Counted from the stretch's first letter, positions 47,239 through 57,203 are shown. The stretch is 58,522 nt of DNA from Eubacteriales bacterium (GCA_045643725.1 JAZRFQ010000011.1:1-58522); one strand, 5' to 3'. Notes: generated by a model from the letters alone, not told the origin. Made by a program: numbers and translations.

Positions 47239-48726
47239 ATGTTCAAGTCCTCGTTTTCAAAATATTTGCTTGCCTTCGTCGCAATAATTCTTATCAGCTT
47301 TCTGATGCTTTCAGGCATCGTTACGTCTATGATAAGAAATTACTCTACAGAGGAAAAACGCCGCGAGCTTGAATCTTCTTCGAGCTTCATAGCTAATCGA
47401 ATCGAAGCAATGGGCGTCAGCGACATCTTCGATTATCTGACTTCACCGGAAGCAAGGTATCTTGTAACCTCTATTGTATATCTGGATTCCAAGGTCGAGA
47501 TTCTAATTCTCGATGAAACCGGTAGAGTGCTGATTCACGTTGATAATCCGGAGGTGTGGTCTCCGAGCAGGGACGATGAGTACGTCAGTATAAATATTAC
47601 CGCACTTCCGTCAATAGACGAGAAGGGCAACACTTCGATGTATAGCGGCGACCTTGAAGGACATCTAAAGGAGCACTCGCTTGTTTATTCTACGAAGGTT
47701 GAAAAGGATGCTATTCCTATAGGCTATGTTCTTGCGGTTTCCTCTACTTACGCCGAGGATAATCTTATCAGCACGGCTCGACGAGCCGTAGTTAATAGTT
47801 CTTTATGGGTAATGCTCGCGGCTGTTATTGCGGCGTATTTCATTACTGAAAGACTCGTTAATCCTCTTAGAAATATGACTAAGGCGGTACGTCAGTTCGG
47901 TAAAGGCGAGCTTGACATAAGAGTTGTTGTCTCCGGTAAAGATGAAGTGGCAGAGCTCGGATACGCCTTCAACAGCATGGCAGAGTCGCTTCAAAATCTT
48001 GAAAAAATGCGTAACTCCTTCCTTGCCAACGTATCACACGACTTGAGAACTCCCATGACTACGATCGCGGGATTTATTGAGGGCATAAATTCCGGCGCTA
48101 TCCCTCCGGAAAAGCACGAGTATTATCTGGGCATAATTTCAAGCGAAATTCATAGGCTTTCTCGTCTTGTCTCACAGCTTTTGGACGTTTCGCGCCTTGA
48201 ATCAGGCGACAAGAAATTCGTTTTCGCAGATTTTGATATTGCGGAAATGGCGAGAATCATTCTTATTTCTTTTGAGCAGAAAATAGAAGAAAAGCGGCTT
48301 GATGTTGAATTTATAGCCGAGCAGGATAAAATGATGGCTAATGGTGATGTAGATGCTATCCATCAGGTTTTGTACAATCTTTGCCATAATGCCATAAAAT
48401 TCGCCAATGAAGGCGGTAGGTTTATAATCAGAATAGAACACGCCGGGGCTAAAAAAATCAAGGTATCTGTATTGGATGACGGCGAATGTCTCACTGGTGA
48501 GGACAAAGAGAGAGTATTCGATAGATTCTATAAGAGTGATCAGAGCCGAGGACTTGATAAGAACGGTGTTGGCCTTGGTTTGTATATTTGCAAAACCATC
48601 GTGGAGGCACATGGTGAGAAAATCGGAGTAATTTCCGAAACCGAAGGCTGCGAGTTCTGGTTTACCCTTAAGGAAGGCGAGCCCGCGGAGCGCCGCGCGC
48701 TAAAGCCGGTGGCTGACGATGAATAA
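47239..48726 (+). CDS. Membrane sensor histidine kinase (HAMP-HisKA-HATPase)
   Basis: Two TM helices, DEVAEL..FNSM, SHDLRTPMT, NAIKF, FDRFYK, GVGLGL. Confidence 0.92.
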   Translation: MFKSSFSKYLLAFVAIILISFLMLSGIVTSMIRNYSTEEKRRELESSSSFIANRIEAMGVSDIFDYLTSPEARYLVTSIVYLDSKVEILILDETGRVLIHVDNPEVWSPSRDDEYVSINITALPSIDEKGNTSMYSGDLEGHLKEHSLVYSTKVEKDAIPIGYVLAVSSTYAEDNLISTARRAVVNSSLWVMLAAVIAAYFITERLVNPLRNMTKAVRQFGKGELDIRVVVSGKDEVAELGYAFNSMAESLQNLEKMRNSFLANVSHDLRTPMTTIAGFIEGINSGAIPPEKHEYYLGIISSEIHRLSRLVSQLLDVSRLESGDKKFVFADFDIAEMARIILISFEQKIEEKRLDVEFIAEQDKMMANGDVDAIHQVLYNLCHNAIKFANEGGRFIIRIEHAGAKKIKVSVLDDGECLTGEDKERVFDRFYKSDQSRGLDKNGVGLGLYICKTIVEAHGEKIGVISETEGCEFWFTLKEGEPAERRALKPVADDE

Positions 48727-49960
48727 CGACGGCAAGCGTGTAATTTTGCACTGTGATTGTAATAGTTTTTTCGCTTCGGTAGAAACCGCCCTTAATCCCG
48801 AATACATTGGTGTACCGATGGCGGTGTGCGGAAGCACGGAGGATCGCCATGGCATAGTTTTGGCGAAAAATGAGCTCGCGAAGAAATATGGTGTTAAAAC
48901 CGCTGAAACTGTATATTCTGCAAAGAAAAAATGTCCGGGCCTTGTCATTGCCTCGCCGCATTACGATAAATACTCGGAGTATTCGGCAAGAGTCAATGCG
49001 ATCTATGCCAAATACACGGATATGGTTGAGCCATTTGGAATTGACGAGAGCTGGCTGGATGTCACGGCATCTAGAAAGCTTTTCGGCACGGGCGAGCAGA
49101 TAGCCGAAATGATACGGTCCGAGGTCAAGGAAAAGGTTGGCATAACCGTTTCGATCGGAGTTTCCTTTAATAAGGTTTTTGCGAAACTCGGAAGCGACTA
49201 CAAAAAGCCGGATGCAATTACGGTCATAAGTGAAGATAATTTTCGAGATATAGTTTTTCCTTTGCCGGTCGGAGACTTGCTTTTCATAGGCAAAAAGACC
49301 GAAGTTGTCCTTGCTTCTATGGGAATAAGAACTATAGGCGATCTCGCGAACAGCAGTCCTGATATGCTTCGAATGAGAATTGGAAAAGCGGGTGAAATGA
49401 TTTACCGTTATGCCAGGGGAGAGGACGATAGCCCTGTTTCACCGAGGCACGAGGACGCAAAAAGCATAGGTAATGGCTTCACGTTCCGACATAATCTGGT
49501 TAGTAAAGAGGAGTGTAGAGTCGGCATTGACTTTCTCGCCGAGGAGATCGGCAGACGTCTTCGCGCCGAGGGCATGAAGTGTGCTACGGTCCAGCTCACG
49601 ATAAAAGATGAGTATTTGCGATCTATACAAAGGCAGAGAACAATTAGACCTCCAACGGACATTTCCAGAGAGATCGCGGCGCTCGCCTATGATATACTTA
49701 TGGATGAGTGGAGCGAGGGGAAGCCTATTCGTATGATAACGGTTACGGCATCAAATCTCGTGCGATCGGAGATGGTATGCGAGCAGATAGATATGTTCGC
49801 ACCTGCGGCAAATATTACTCGCGATAAAAGCAAAAAACGCGAAGAAACTATAGATAAAATAAGGCAGAAACACGGAATCGCCTCCATAGTCACGGGCTCT
49901 GTGATGGACAGCGACATCGGAGTTTTCGACTCTGATAAGGATAAAAATAAAAACGGCTAA
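48719..49960 (+). CDS. dinB: DNA polymerase IV (Y family)
   Basis: HCDCNSFFAS, AKKYGV, GIDESWLD, AKLGSDYKKP. Confidence 0.92.
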   Translation: MNNDGKRVILHCDCNSFFASVETALNPEYIGVPMAVCGSTEDRHGIVLAKNELAKKYGVKTAETVYSAKKKCPGLVIASPHYDKYSEYSARVNAIYAKYTDMVEPFGIDESWLDVTASRKLFGTGEQIAEMIRSEVKEKVGITVSIGVSFNKVFAKLGSDYKKPDAITVISEDNFRDIVFPLPVGDLLFIGKKTEVVLASMGIRTIGDLANSSPDMLRMRIGKAGEMIYRYARGEDDSPVSPRHEDAKSIGNGFTFRHNLVSKEECRVGIDFLAEEIGRRLRAEGMKCATVQLTIKDEYLRSIQRQRTIRPPTDISREIAALAYDILMDEWSEGKPIRMITVTASNLVRSEMVCEQIDMFAPAANITRDKSKKREETIDKIRQKHGIASIVTGSVMDSDIGVFDSDKDKNKNG

Positions 49961-49981
49961 GACAAGTCTTAGCCGTTTTTT
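49950..49981. terminator. Bidirectional terminator overlapping the dinB stop
   Basis: AAAACGGCTAAGAC / GTCTTAGCCGTTTT. Confidence 0.8.
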
Positions 49982-49992
49982 GATTGCTCATA

Positions 49993-51393
49993 TCAAATGG
50001 TATGAATTCCGTTTTGGGGATCTGCATTGGTATCGAGCTTGTACTTCTGCTGCTTTCTCCACTCGAAGAATTTAATAGCAACCTGCTCGAACAGTGCCAG
50101 GGAAAGGAGATCCTCATCCTGCTCCTGATAGGGAGCAACTCTCTGACGAAGAGAATCGATCTCGGGAGCAATCTTGTCTGCGGGTCTATAGTCTACGATC
50201 TCGGCATCACCGATGATCTTCTTGCGGAAGTTGTCTGCAATAGGTGCAGGACACTTACCGTACTCGCCTCTTACAAGACCGCGGAACTCTTTGGTAACTC
50301 TTGCATATCGTCCCTCATCAGCGAAAAGCACGTTATTTACTGCCTGGGTGCCTACTATCTGCGAGGAAGGAGTTACGAGAGGAGGGAAACCGGCATCGGC
50401 TCTGACGTTAGCAACCTCTTCGAGAACCTCGTTGAGCTTGTCGGATTTGCCTGCCATCTTGAGCTGCGAAATGAGGTTGGAGAGCATGCCACCGGGTACT
50501 TGGTAACGAAGGGCATTAACGTCAACCTTGAGAACCTTGGGATCAATAAGTCCGGATGCGAGATAGTCCTCTCGGATCTTGTTGAAGTGCTTGGCAATTA
50601 CGTCAAGTGCCGCAAGATCGAGCTCGGTATCGTAGGGAGTGCCCTGCAGGGTAGCAACGAGAGACTCGGTGGGAGTGTGCGACGTGCCCATAGCAAGAGG
50701 AGAAATTGCGGTATCTACGCCGTCAACACCGGCTTCAATAGCCTTGAGAAGTGTCATCGAGCCAAGACCTGCGGTGTAGTGGGTGTGCAGATGAACGGGA
50801 ACCTTAACGCTGTTCTTTAAGGTTTTTACAAGCTGATATGCTTCATAGGGCTTGAGAAGTCCCGACATATCCTTGATGCATATGGAGTGTGCGCCCATGC
50901 TCTCGAGCTGCTTTGCATATTGAGCGAAGCCCTCGTTGGTGTGGAAAGGCGATGTGGTGTAGGAGATTGCCGCCTGAACGTGACCGCCTTCTTTTATCGT
51001 CGCCTTAATTGCGGTCTCAAGGTTTCTTGCATCGTTGAGAGCGTCGAATATACGGATTATATCAATACCATTTGCGATGGATTTCTGTACGAAATACTCA
51101 ACTACGTCGTCCGCATAATGACGGTAGCCAAGAATGTTCTGGCCGCGGAAGAGCATCTGGAGCTTCGTGTTTTTGCAATGACTCTTTATAGTGCGGAGTC
51201 TTTCCCAAGGATCCTCATTAAGGAAACGGAGACAGGCATCGAAGGTTGCGCCGCCCCAAGCCTCAAGGGAATAATATCCGACTTTGTCCATCTCATCAAG
51301 AATGGGGAGCATCTCGTTCGTCGTCATACGAGTTGCGGCTAACGACTGGTGCGCATCACGCAGGACGGTTTCGGTTATCAATATTTTTGACAT
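49993..51393 (-). CDS. oadA: Oxaloacetate decarboxylase alpha / transcarboxylase 5S-like carboxyltransferase (no fused biotin domain)
   Basis: LRDAHQSL, WGGATFD, IKDMSG, HTH, VPGGMLSN, LVTPSSQIVG; 466 aa. Confidence 0.9.
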   Translation of the reverse strand: MSKILITETVLRDAHQSLAATRMTTNEMLPILDEMDKVGYYSLEAWGGATFDACLRFLNEDPWERLRTIKSHCKNTKLQMLFRGQNILGYRHYADDVVEYFVQKSIANGIDIIRIFDALNDARNLETAIKATIKEGGHVQAAISYTTSPFHTNEGFAQYAKQLESMGAHSICIKDMSGLLKPYEAYQLVKTLKNSVKVPVHLHTHYTAGLGSMTLLKAIEAGVDGVDTAISPLAMGTSHTPTESLVATLQGTPYDTELDLAALDVIAKHFNKIREDYLASGLIDPKVLKVDVNALRYQVPGGMLSNLISQLKMAGKSDKLNEVLEEVANVRADAGFPPLVTPSSQIVGTQAVNNVLFADEGRYARVTKEFRGLVRGEYGKCPAPIADNFRKKIIGDAEIVDYRPADKIAPEIDSLRQRVAPYQEQDEDLLSLALFEQVAIKFFEWRKQQKYKLDTNADPQNGIHTI

Positions 51394-51422
51394 TTTAGTT
51401 ATCCTTTCTGATTCAGCTTGAA

Positions 51423-52940
51423 TTATGCAAACAAGCTAAGGAATACGCCTGCGGCAACCGCAGAGCCGATAACACCGGCAACGTTGGGGCCCATGGCATG
51501 CATAAGAAGGAAGTTGGATGGGTCTGCCTTGCGGCCGACGTCCTGAGCAACACGCGCCGCCATAGGAACCGCAGAAACACCTGCAGAGCCGATAAGAGGA
51601 TTGATCTTACCGCCGGTGAGCTTGCACATTATCTTACCGGTGATAAGGCCACCGCAAGTGGATACTGCAAAGGCACAAAGTCCGAGACCGATGATAAGAA
51701 GTGTCTCTGCTTTAAGGAAGTTCTCCGCATTTGCCGTTGCACCAACCGATACACCAAGGCAAATGGTAACGATGTTGATAAGCTCGTTTTGGGCTGTTTT
51801 AGAGAGTCTGTCTGCAACGCCGGAAACGTTAAAGAGATTGCCGAGCATGAGGAAACCTACGAGAGGCGCCGCATCGGGAACGAGCAAGCAAACTATGAGA
51901 GTTACGAGAATGGGGAAGAGCACCTTTTCAACCTTAGATACAGGTCTCAAGTTGGTCATCTTGATCTCGCGCTCCTTCTTTGTAGTAAGAAGCTTCATAA
52001 ATGGAGGCTGAATAATGGGAATCAGCGCCATATACGAGTACGCCGCAATAGCGATAGCACCAAGAAGATGAGGCGCAAGCTCCTTTGTTACAAGAATTGC
52101 GGTAGGACCATCAGCACCTCCGATGATACCGATTGCTCCGGCTTCTGCGGGAGTGAATACTCCGGAAAGAATCGCACCGAAGAATGCGATGAAAACGCCC
52201 AGCTGCGCGCCGGCACCCATAAGAAGCGATTTGGGATTCGCAATAAGAGGAGAAAAATCAGTCATAGCACCAACGCCGAGGAATATCAGCGAAGGATAGA
52301 TGCCGAGTTTAACTCCAAGATAAAGAATATCAATGAGTCCGCCGTGGTTTATGACTTCATTTATCATCGTGGTCATCTTGACGTGTATAATACCTTCTGC
52401 ATCAAGATACGCTGCGCCTTGTACGTAAGACGAGAATACGTTTTGTATAGCGGCGATCTCGTCAGAAATAAGCTGCTCAATCTCTGCCGCAGAAAGGGCC
52501 TGTTCTGCTGGAAGACTAGCGGCGTAGTTGTAAAGAAGCTCTCTGATTGACTCGATGCTAAGCGAAAAGCTATTGCCGTTTTCGCCAAATGAATAAAGAG
52601 CGGGGTTAAGGTCATCAAGGAACGAATTGAGAGATGGCGCGAGGGCGCCTACAAATTTGTTACCTTCCGCCGCTATATAATAGTCGTCAAAGAAATACTC
52701 AAGGTGTATCAAATTCGCACCGGGGAGATTCGCAAGCAACATACCAAAGGCGATGGGCATAAGGAGGAGTGGCTCGAACTTCTTGACTATAGCAAGATAG
52801 AAGAGAACACCTACGATTAAGTACATCGCGAGATACTGCAGAATCGGGACGATGTCAGCCGTTGTTACGACTCCGTCCGTACCGGCAATCATTTTGAAAA
52901 CACCCGTGGTTTTCAAAAAGGTTGTGATTGTATCAAGCAT
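51423..52940 (-). CDS. oadB: Na+-translocating decarboxylase beta subunit with large insertion
   Basis: EPLLL, GAMTDF, IIGGADGPT, AAYSYMAL, SAVPMAARV, GPNVAGVIGS. Confidence 0.93.
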   Translation of the reverse strand: MLDTITTFLKTTGVFKMIAGTDGVVTTADIVPILQYLAMYLIVGVLFYLAIVKKFEPLLLMPIAFGMLLANLPGANLIHLEYFFDDYYIAAEGNKFVGALAPSLNSFLDDLNPALYSFGENGNSFSLSIESIRELLYNYAASLPAEQALSAAEIEQLISDEIAAIQNVFSSYVQGAAYLDAEGIIHVKMTTMINEVINHGGLIDILYLGVKLGIYPSLIFLGVGAMTDFSPLIANPKSLLMGAGAQLGVFIAFFGAILSGVFTPAEAGAIGIIGGADGPTAILVTKELAPHLLGAIAIAAYSYMALIPIIQPPFMKLLTTKKEREIKMTNLRPVSKVEKVLFPILVTLIVCLLVPDAAPLVGFLMLGNLFNVSGVADRLSKTAQNELINIVTICLGVSVGATANAENFLKAETLLIIGLGLCAFAVSTCGGLITGKIMCKLTGGKINPLIGSAGVSAVPMAARVAQDVGRKADPSNFLLMHAMGPNVAGVIGSAVAAGVFLSLFA

Positions 52941-52966
52941 TGCTGTTTACCTATGCCTTTGGTGAA

Positions 52967-53347
52967 TTATTTAAGAGTTGCAATAACGTCGCCTGCGCCA
53001 ACAGAAGCGCCCTTCTGAACGTTGATGGAAGAAACGACACCGTCGCAGGGCGCGGGAATATCGTTTTCCATTTTCATAGCCTCAAGAACGCAGATAACGT
53101 CGCCCTTCTTTACTGCTTGACCCGCGGATACCTTTACTTCAAGAATGGTTCCGGGCATCGGAGACGTAACGGCGGTAGCATCTGCTGCTACAGGTGCTGC
53201 TGTAGCCTTGGGAGCTGCCGAAGGAGTAACCACGGGGGCCTGAACTACGGGAACGGAATATACGGGAGCTGCGGCAACCTCGCCGACCTCCTCTACGACT
53301 ACCTCATATGTAGTGCCGTTTACGGTAATATTATACTTTTTCATCAT
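52967..53347 (-). CDS. Biotin carboxyl carrier protein
   Basis: Ala/Pro linker; EAMKMEN. Confidence 0.93.
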   Translation of the reverse strand: MMKKYNITVNGTTYEVVVEEVGEVAAAPVYSVPVVQAPVVTPSAAPKATAAPVAADATAVTSPMPGTILEVKVSAGQAVKKGDVICVLEAMKMENDIPAPCDGVVSSINVQKGASVGAGDVIATLK

Positions 53348-53365
53348 TTTATTCCTTTCGAATCG

Positions 53366-53704
53366 TTAATGTTTTCTTCTAAAAGCCACAACTTTGAACT
53401 TTGCGCCGTTGCTATCAGCTTCCGCGGCGGCAATAGCGGCTGCTATTACAGCGACTATTTCGGAGTTGTCGCTTTTTACGTCATTGACGGGCTGGGCTTT
53501 GGTCTCTACAACAACAGGCTCTTCGTTTTTTTTCTTATTCGGGATGTCGTAGAGAAAGAGTTTAAATATCGAGAGTGCGCCCCAAATAATGATCAGAACC
53601 GAGAAGACCGTAGCCATACCGATGAGAGCGGTTTGACCACCGAATGAAAAAGCATCGAGGAACCCCATCGTTTCATTGGGGTTTACTTCAAGCAAAAAAT
53701 TCAT
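53366..53704 (-). CDS. oadG: Decarboxylase gamma/delta subunit (OadG family)
   Basis: GMATVFSVL TM helix; EIVAVIAAAIAA. Confidence 0.85.
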   Translation of the reverse strand: MNFLLEVNPNETMGFLDAFSFGGQTALIGMATVFSVLIIIWGALSIFKLFLYDIPNKKKNEEPVVVETKAQPVNDVKSDNSEIVAVIAAAIAAAEADSNGAKFKVVAFRRKH

Positions 53705-53718
53705 ATCAGACCTCCGGA

Positions 53719-55155
53719 TTAAAGAGGAAGAACCATACGACCGCTAACCGAAGAGGCACCCTTTGCACCGAGCATAAGGAGGGCGGAGCAGAGACGAAGT
53801 CTGAGCTCGTTAGTGGAGATGATATCGTCAATATCTCCGCTTTCTGCCGCGTGAACGGGAGAGGAAATATTGCTCTTCCAATCAAGAATGAGATCGTCAC
53901 GTGTGTTTTCTTCATTAATGTACTTATCCCAAGCAAACGCTACGCTTGCTTCTGCGGTAAGTGCACCGATCTCGGAATTGTCAATCGCATAAACGATGTC
54001 TGCACCGAGAGACTTTGAGCCGAGAAGAACGAACGCCGCACCAATTGCATGTCCTACGATAACCGTAACCTTGGGAACTTTGGCGCTTGCATAAGCGAAG
54101 GCCAACTTCGCGAGCTCGGATGAGAACAGGGCACTCTCGCTATCCTTATCAACGGACAAACCGTCCGAGTCAACAAGCGTGACTAAGGGGAGAGAGAAGC
54201 TATTGCAGAAGTTGATAAACTTGGAGGCCTTTCTGGCTCCGGATGCGGTAATTCTGCCGTCGCCTATCGCGTAGGAGCTTGCAATAACGCCGCATCTTAC
54301 GCCGCCGATAGAGGTGAAAGCGACAGTAATTTCGGGAGCGTAATCTTTGGAATACTCATAGAAGAGTGCATTGTCAGAGATTGCCGAAATGATCGAGAGC
54401 GCGTTGCCTGCAAAGTCGAGGTCACCCAGCTTTCTATTAAGGTTATCTGTGCACATATCGGTTACGATGCCAACCGAGGCGTTATCGGGGAGATACGAAA
54501 CCACGCTTCTAATGTAAGAGATACATTTTGTAGGTTCTGCAGAGTAAGCAATGATAGAATCCTGCGCGTTTTTCACGCCGGTAAGTGCAGGAGTCGCTAC
54601 ATAAAGCTCGGCAGAATCATCTTTGACAACTATGTCGAACATCGCGGCAATAGCAGCAGACGTACCAATGCATTTGCCGGTTACAAAAGCAATTTGGGGT
54701 ATTGTGCCGGATGCTTCGGCCACCGCGGACATGATTTTACCGTAGGCGGAAAGGGCGGAAGTTCCGGAGAAAATATCGGCACCGTTTGAGTTAAAAATGC
54801 CGAGGACAACCGCTCCGTTGTCTATTGCCAATCTGTAAAGATCTACTATCTTCTTCGCATGGCGATCATCAATTACGCCCCCCATTCTTGTAGCGTCCTC
54901 CGCGAATGCGAACGCCAGCTTGCCTTCAACAGCACCGTATCCGCATATAACGCTTTCAAACTCACCGGACTTTTCAGTGTTGATAAAGTCAGAGCTTGCG
55001 CGCTTGGTATATGCACCTAGCTCGACGAAGGTTCCTGCATCGAAAATCATATTAAGCTGATTTCTGACTTCGGATCCGCTGCTAGCGTTGAGAGAAGTGC
55101 GAAGCTCGGCCGCCGTGGGAAGTTTGCAGAATTTAGTTTCTTTGTATTTGTTCAA
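53719..55155 (-). CDS. Acyl-CoA carboxyltransferase-like protein (MmdA/PccB fold, degenerate motifs)
   Basis: FDAGTFVE, VICGYG, SGTIPQI, KASKFINFCN, LVTLVD, VPKVTVI, GADIVYA, IDDII; start codon uncertain. Confidence 0.85.
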   Translation of the reverse strand: MNKYKETKFCKLPTAAELRTSLNASSGSEVRNQLNMIFDAGTFVELGAYTKRASSDFINTEKSGEFESVICGYGAVEGKLAFAFAEDATRMGGVIDDRHAKKIVDLYRLAIDNGAVVLGIFNSNGADIFSGTSALSAYGKIMSAVAEASGTIPQIAFVTGKCIGTSAAIAAMFDIVVKDDSAELYVATPALTGVKNAQDSIIAYSAEPTKCISYIRSVVSYLPDNASVGIVTDMCTDNLNRKLGDLDFAGNALSIISAISDNALFYEYSKDYAPEITVAFTSIGGVRCGVIASSYAIGDGRITASGARKASKFINFCNSFSLPLVTLVDSDGLSVDKDSESALFSSELAKLAFAYASAKVPKVTVIVGHAIGAAFVLLGSKSLGADIVYAIDNSEIGALTAEASVAFAWDKYINEENTRDDLILDWKSNISSPVHAAESGDIDDIISTNELRLRLCSALLMLGAKGASSVSGRMVLPL

Positions 55156-55387
55156 AACGAATTCTCGATTTGCAAATAAGCAAATCTCTCCTTCCTAAAA
55201 ATTTACGAATAAACAAATGAAACAGAACTCACTTATTCAAGTAAGTATTCTTTCACAAGATATACTATAACACGGAAATTGCTTCAAGTCAAGCGTTTTT
55301 TAGGAAAAACATTACATTTATAACATTAAATATAGTTGCAAATTCCGTAAGGATTCACCGAAGTCGGAAATTTCAGTTGATGCGGTG

Positions 55388-56224
55388 CTAGTTGGTGTTT
55401 TTTCTGTAATACGAGGGGGTGTTTCCTGTGGTGTCTTTGCATCTTTTTGAAAAATGTGCAGCAGAGCAGAAGCAACAACGCTCAGCGATTTCTTCAAGCG
55501 TCAGATCCGTAGATATCAAGAGCTTTATCCCCTCATCAACTCGTTTTTTGAGCAGTAATTTATGTATTGAAAGCCCGGTATACTGTTTTACGATTCTGTT
55601 TAGATAGCAAGCATCATGACCGAACTCTTTAGCAAGAGTCAGATTTGTGATAGGCTCAAGGCAGTGGTCGGAAAGATATTCGTTGACCTTTGCCGCTGTA
55701 CGCTCGCTTTTTCCCACGGGAGAAAAACGTCTGGCTAGATCAAGGATAACGCCCGCCAACATCAGTTCCGCACGGGTTTTGCAGAACATTTTCTCGGATT
55801 TGTGTTCCTCGACTAGCATACGTATGTTTTCTGCAACTCGAGGACGAACAATTTCCATAAAGGGTACAGACAGCAGTTCGCTGTTTTCAAAAACTGCGTG
55901 AGCATGTTTCTTGTTTTCGTCGAAAAAGTGCGGTGCGACCGGAGTGTAAAAACCATTGCCTGTTCCGTATTCGCCAACCGGATCAAAGTCAATAGCAAAT
56001 GCGGAAAAACTGGGGTTTGGTGCGAATTCATAGGGAATACCGCTCTGGAATATGACGAGAAGCCCCCTTTCAATTTTTACCTCTGTGCCGTCGACGATTA
56101 TTTTTCCACTTCCATCGATTACATATATCATTCGGGCGTCATAAGTTTTAGATAATCGTCTTTGTGCGGTGTATTCGAATTTATCGGCAAATCTGATCCT
56201 GGGACGTATTTCTTCTATAAGCAT
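55388..56224 (-). CDS. AraC family transcriptional regulator
   Basis: N-terminal cupin-like region; C-terminal YLNRIVK..LEEIAERCCFCSAAHFSKRCK..TPSYYR. Confidence 0.88.
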   Translation of the reverse strand: MLIEEIRPRIRFADKFEYTAQRRLSKTYDARMIYVIDGSGKIIVDGTEVKIERGLLVIFQSGIPYEFAPNPSFSAFAIDFDPVGEYGTGNGFYTPVAPHFFDENKKHAHAVFENSELLSVPFMEIVRPRVAENIRMLVEEHKSEKMFCKTRAELMLAGVILDLARRFSPVGKSERTAAKVNEYLSDHCLEPITNLTLAKEFGHDACYLNRIVKQYTGLSIHKLLLKKRVDEGIKLLISTDLTLEEIAERCCFCSAAHFSKRCKDTTGNTPSYYRKNTN

Positions 56225-56244
56225 ATCAAAATCTCCAAAAAGTC

Positions 56245-56305
56245 TGTTTTGTGCAAAAAATAGCTTGTTTTATGCATTGATTATAACATATAAATCTATT
56301 ATAAT
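56245..56305 (+). promoter_or_regulatory. Promoter with tandem direct repeats (putative AraC sites)
   Basis: TGTTTTGTGCA (56245) and TGTTTTATGCA (56266), 21 bp apart, abutting TTGATT-17 bp-TATAAT. Confidence 0.6.
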
Positions 56306-56336
56306 CAAGATGTAAAATAAAAAAGGAGGACTGATT

Positions 56337-57203
56337 TTGCATAAATTTGAAAAAATCATTGACGGTATCTATATTTTGAAAATGCCTTTCTCAATAGTTT
56401 GGACTGGCGTTATACTCGTTACCGGAGAGAAAAACTTTCTCATCGATAGCGGTTGCGAGGCCCCCGAGAAGTATTTGATACCCGCTCTTGAAGAGCTCGG
56501 AATGAGCCTTAATGACATCGATTGGCTCCTTAACACCCACTGTCACGGCGACCATATTACCGGTCACTATGATCTCGTTGCAAAGTATGGCTTAAAGGTA
56601 GCAACTTTTGAGGGCGGCGCCGGTGCGCTCACCGATCCCGCAAGCAACGCTGTTAGAATTAGAACCAAGTTCCCGGAGAACAGCCCTGCGCCGCAGAGTT
56701 GGCTTCGTGGCGTAAACCCCGACAAGCTTCTCGCCGACGGTGAGATCCTTGAGGGACGTCTTCAGGTTATCCATACTCCCGGCCACGACCACGATTGTGT
56801 TTGTTGGTATGATGTTCCTACAAAAACCATCATTACCGGTGACTCGCTTCAGGGCAACGGTACTCCCACTCAGGGCGTTGGATTCTATCAGTCGCTCTCC
56901 GAGTATCTTTACTCGCTTGATAAGCTCGCATCGATGGATGTAGAGAATATCATTCTCGGTCACGATTACGACGGAATCGGCGGCGTGGTCTTCGGTGCGG
57001 ATAACGTCCGCAAGACGCTTGCGTATTGCAGCGAGATGGTGGAAAAATACGAGTCTCTTATCAAACAGTATCTTGATGAGGGAATGACCGATCCTGCCAA
57101 GATGGCAGTACGTCTTATTAATGAGGTTGGCTGTGGAATGCCCGAGAAACTCTTCCTCGCTCTCTACACGGTTACCAATCACTTGGCCAGAATAATCAAA
57201 TAA
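56337..57203 (+). CDS. Metallo-beta-lactamase-fold hydrolase
   Basis: THCHGDH, HTPGH, TGDS, LGHD; TTG start after GGAGG. Confidence 0.88.
   Translation: MHKFEKIIDGIYILKMPFSIVWTGVILVTGEKNFLIDSGCEAPEKYLIPALEELGMSLNDIDWLLNTHCHGDHITGHYDLVAKYGLKVATFEGGAGALTDPASNAVRIRTKFPENSPAPQSWLRGVNPDKLLADGEILEGRLQVIHTPGHDHDCVCWYDVPTKTIITGDSLQGNGTPTQGVGFYQSLSEYLYSLDKLASMDVENIILGHDYDGIGGVVFGADNVRKTLAYCSEMVEKYESLIKQYLDEGMTDPAKMAVRLINEVGCGMPEKLFLALYTVTNHLARIIK

Noticed and set aside
55225-55250. Imperfect inverted repeat in the decarboxylase operon leader
   Set aside because: Short, AT-rich and mismatched; I recognise no riboswitch or operator consensus in it
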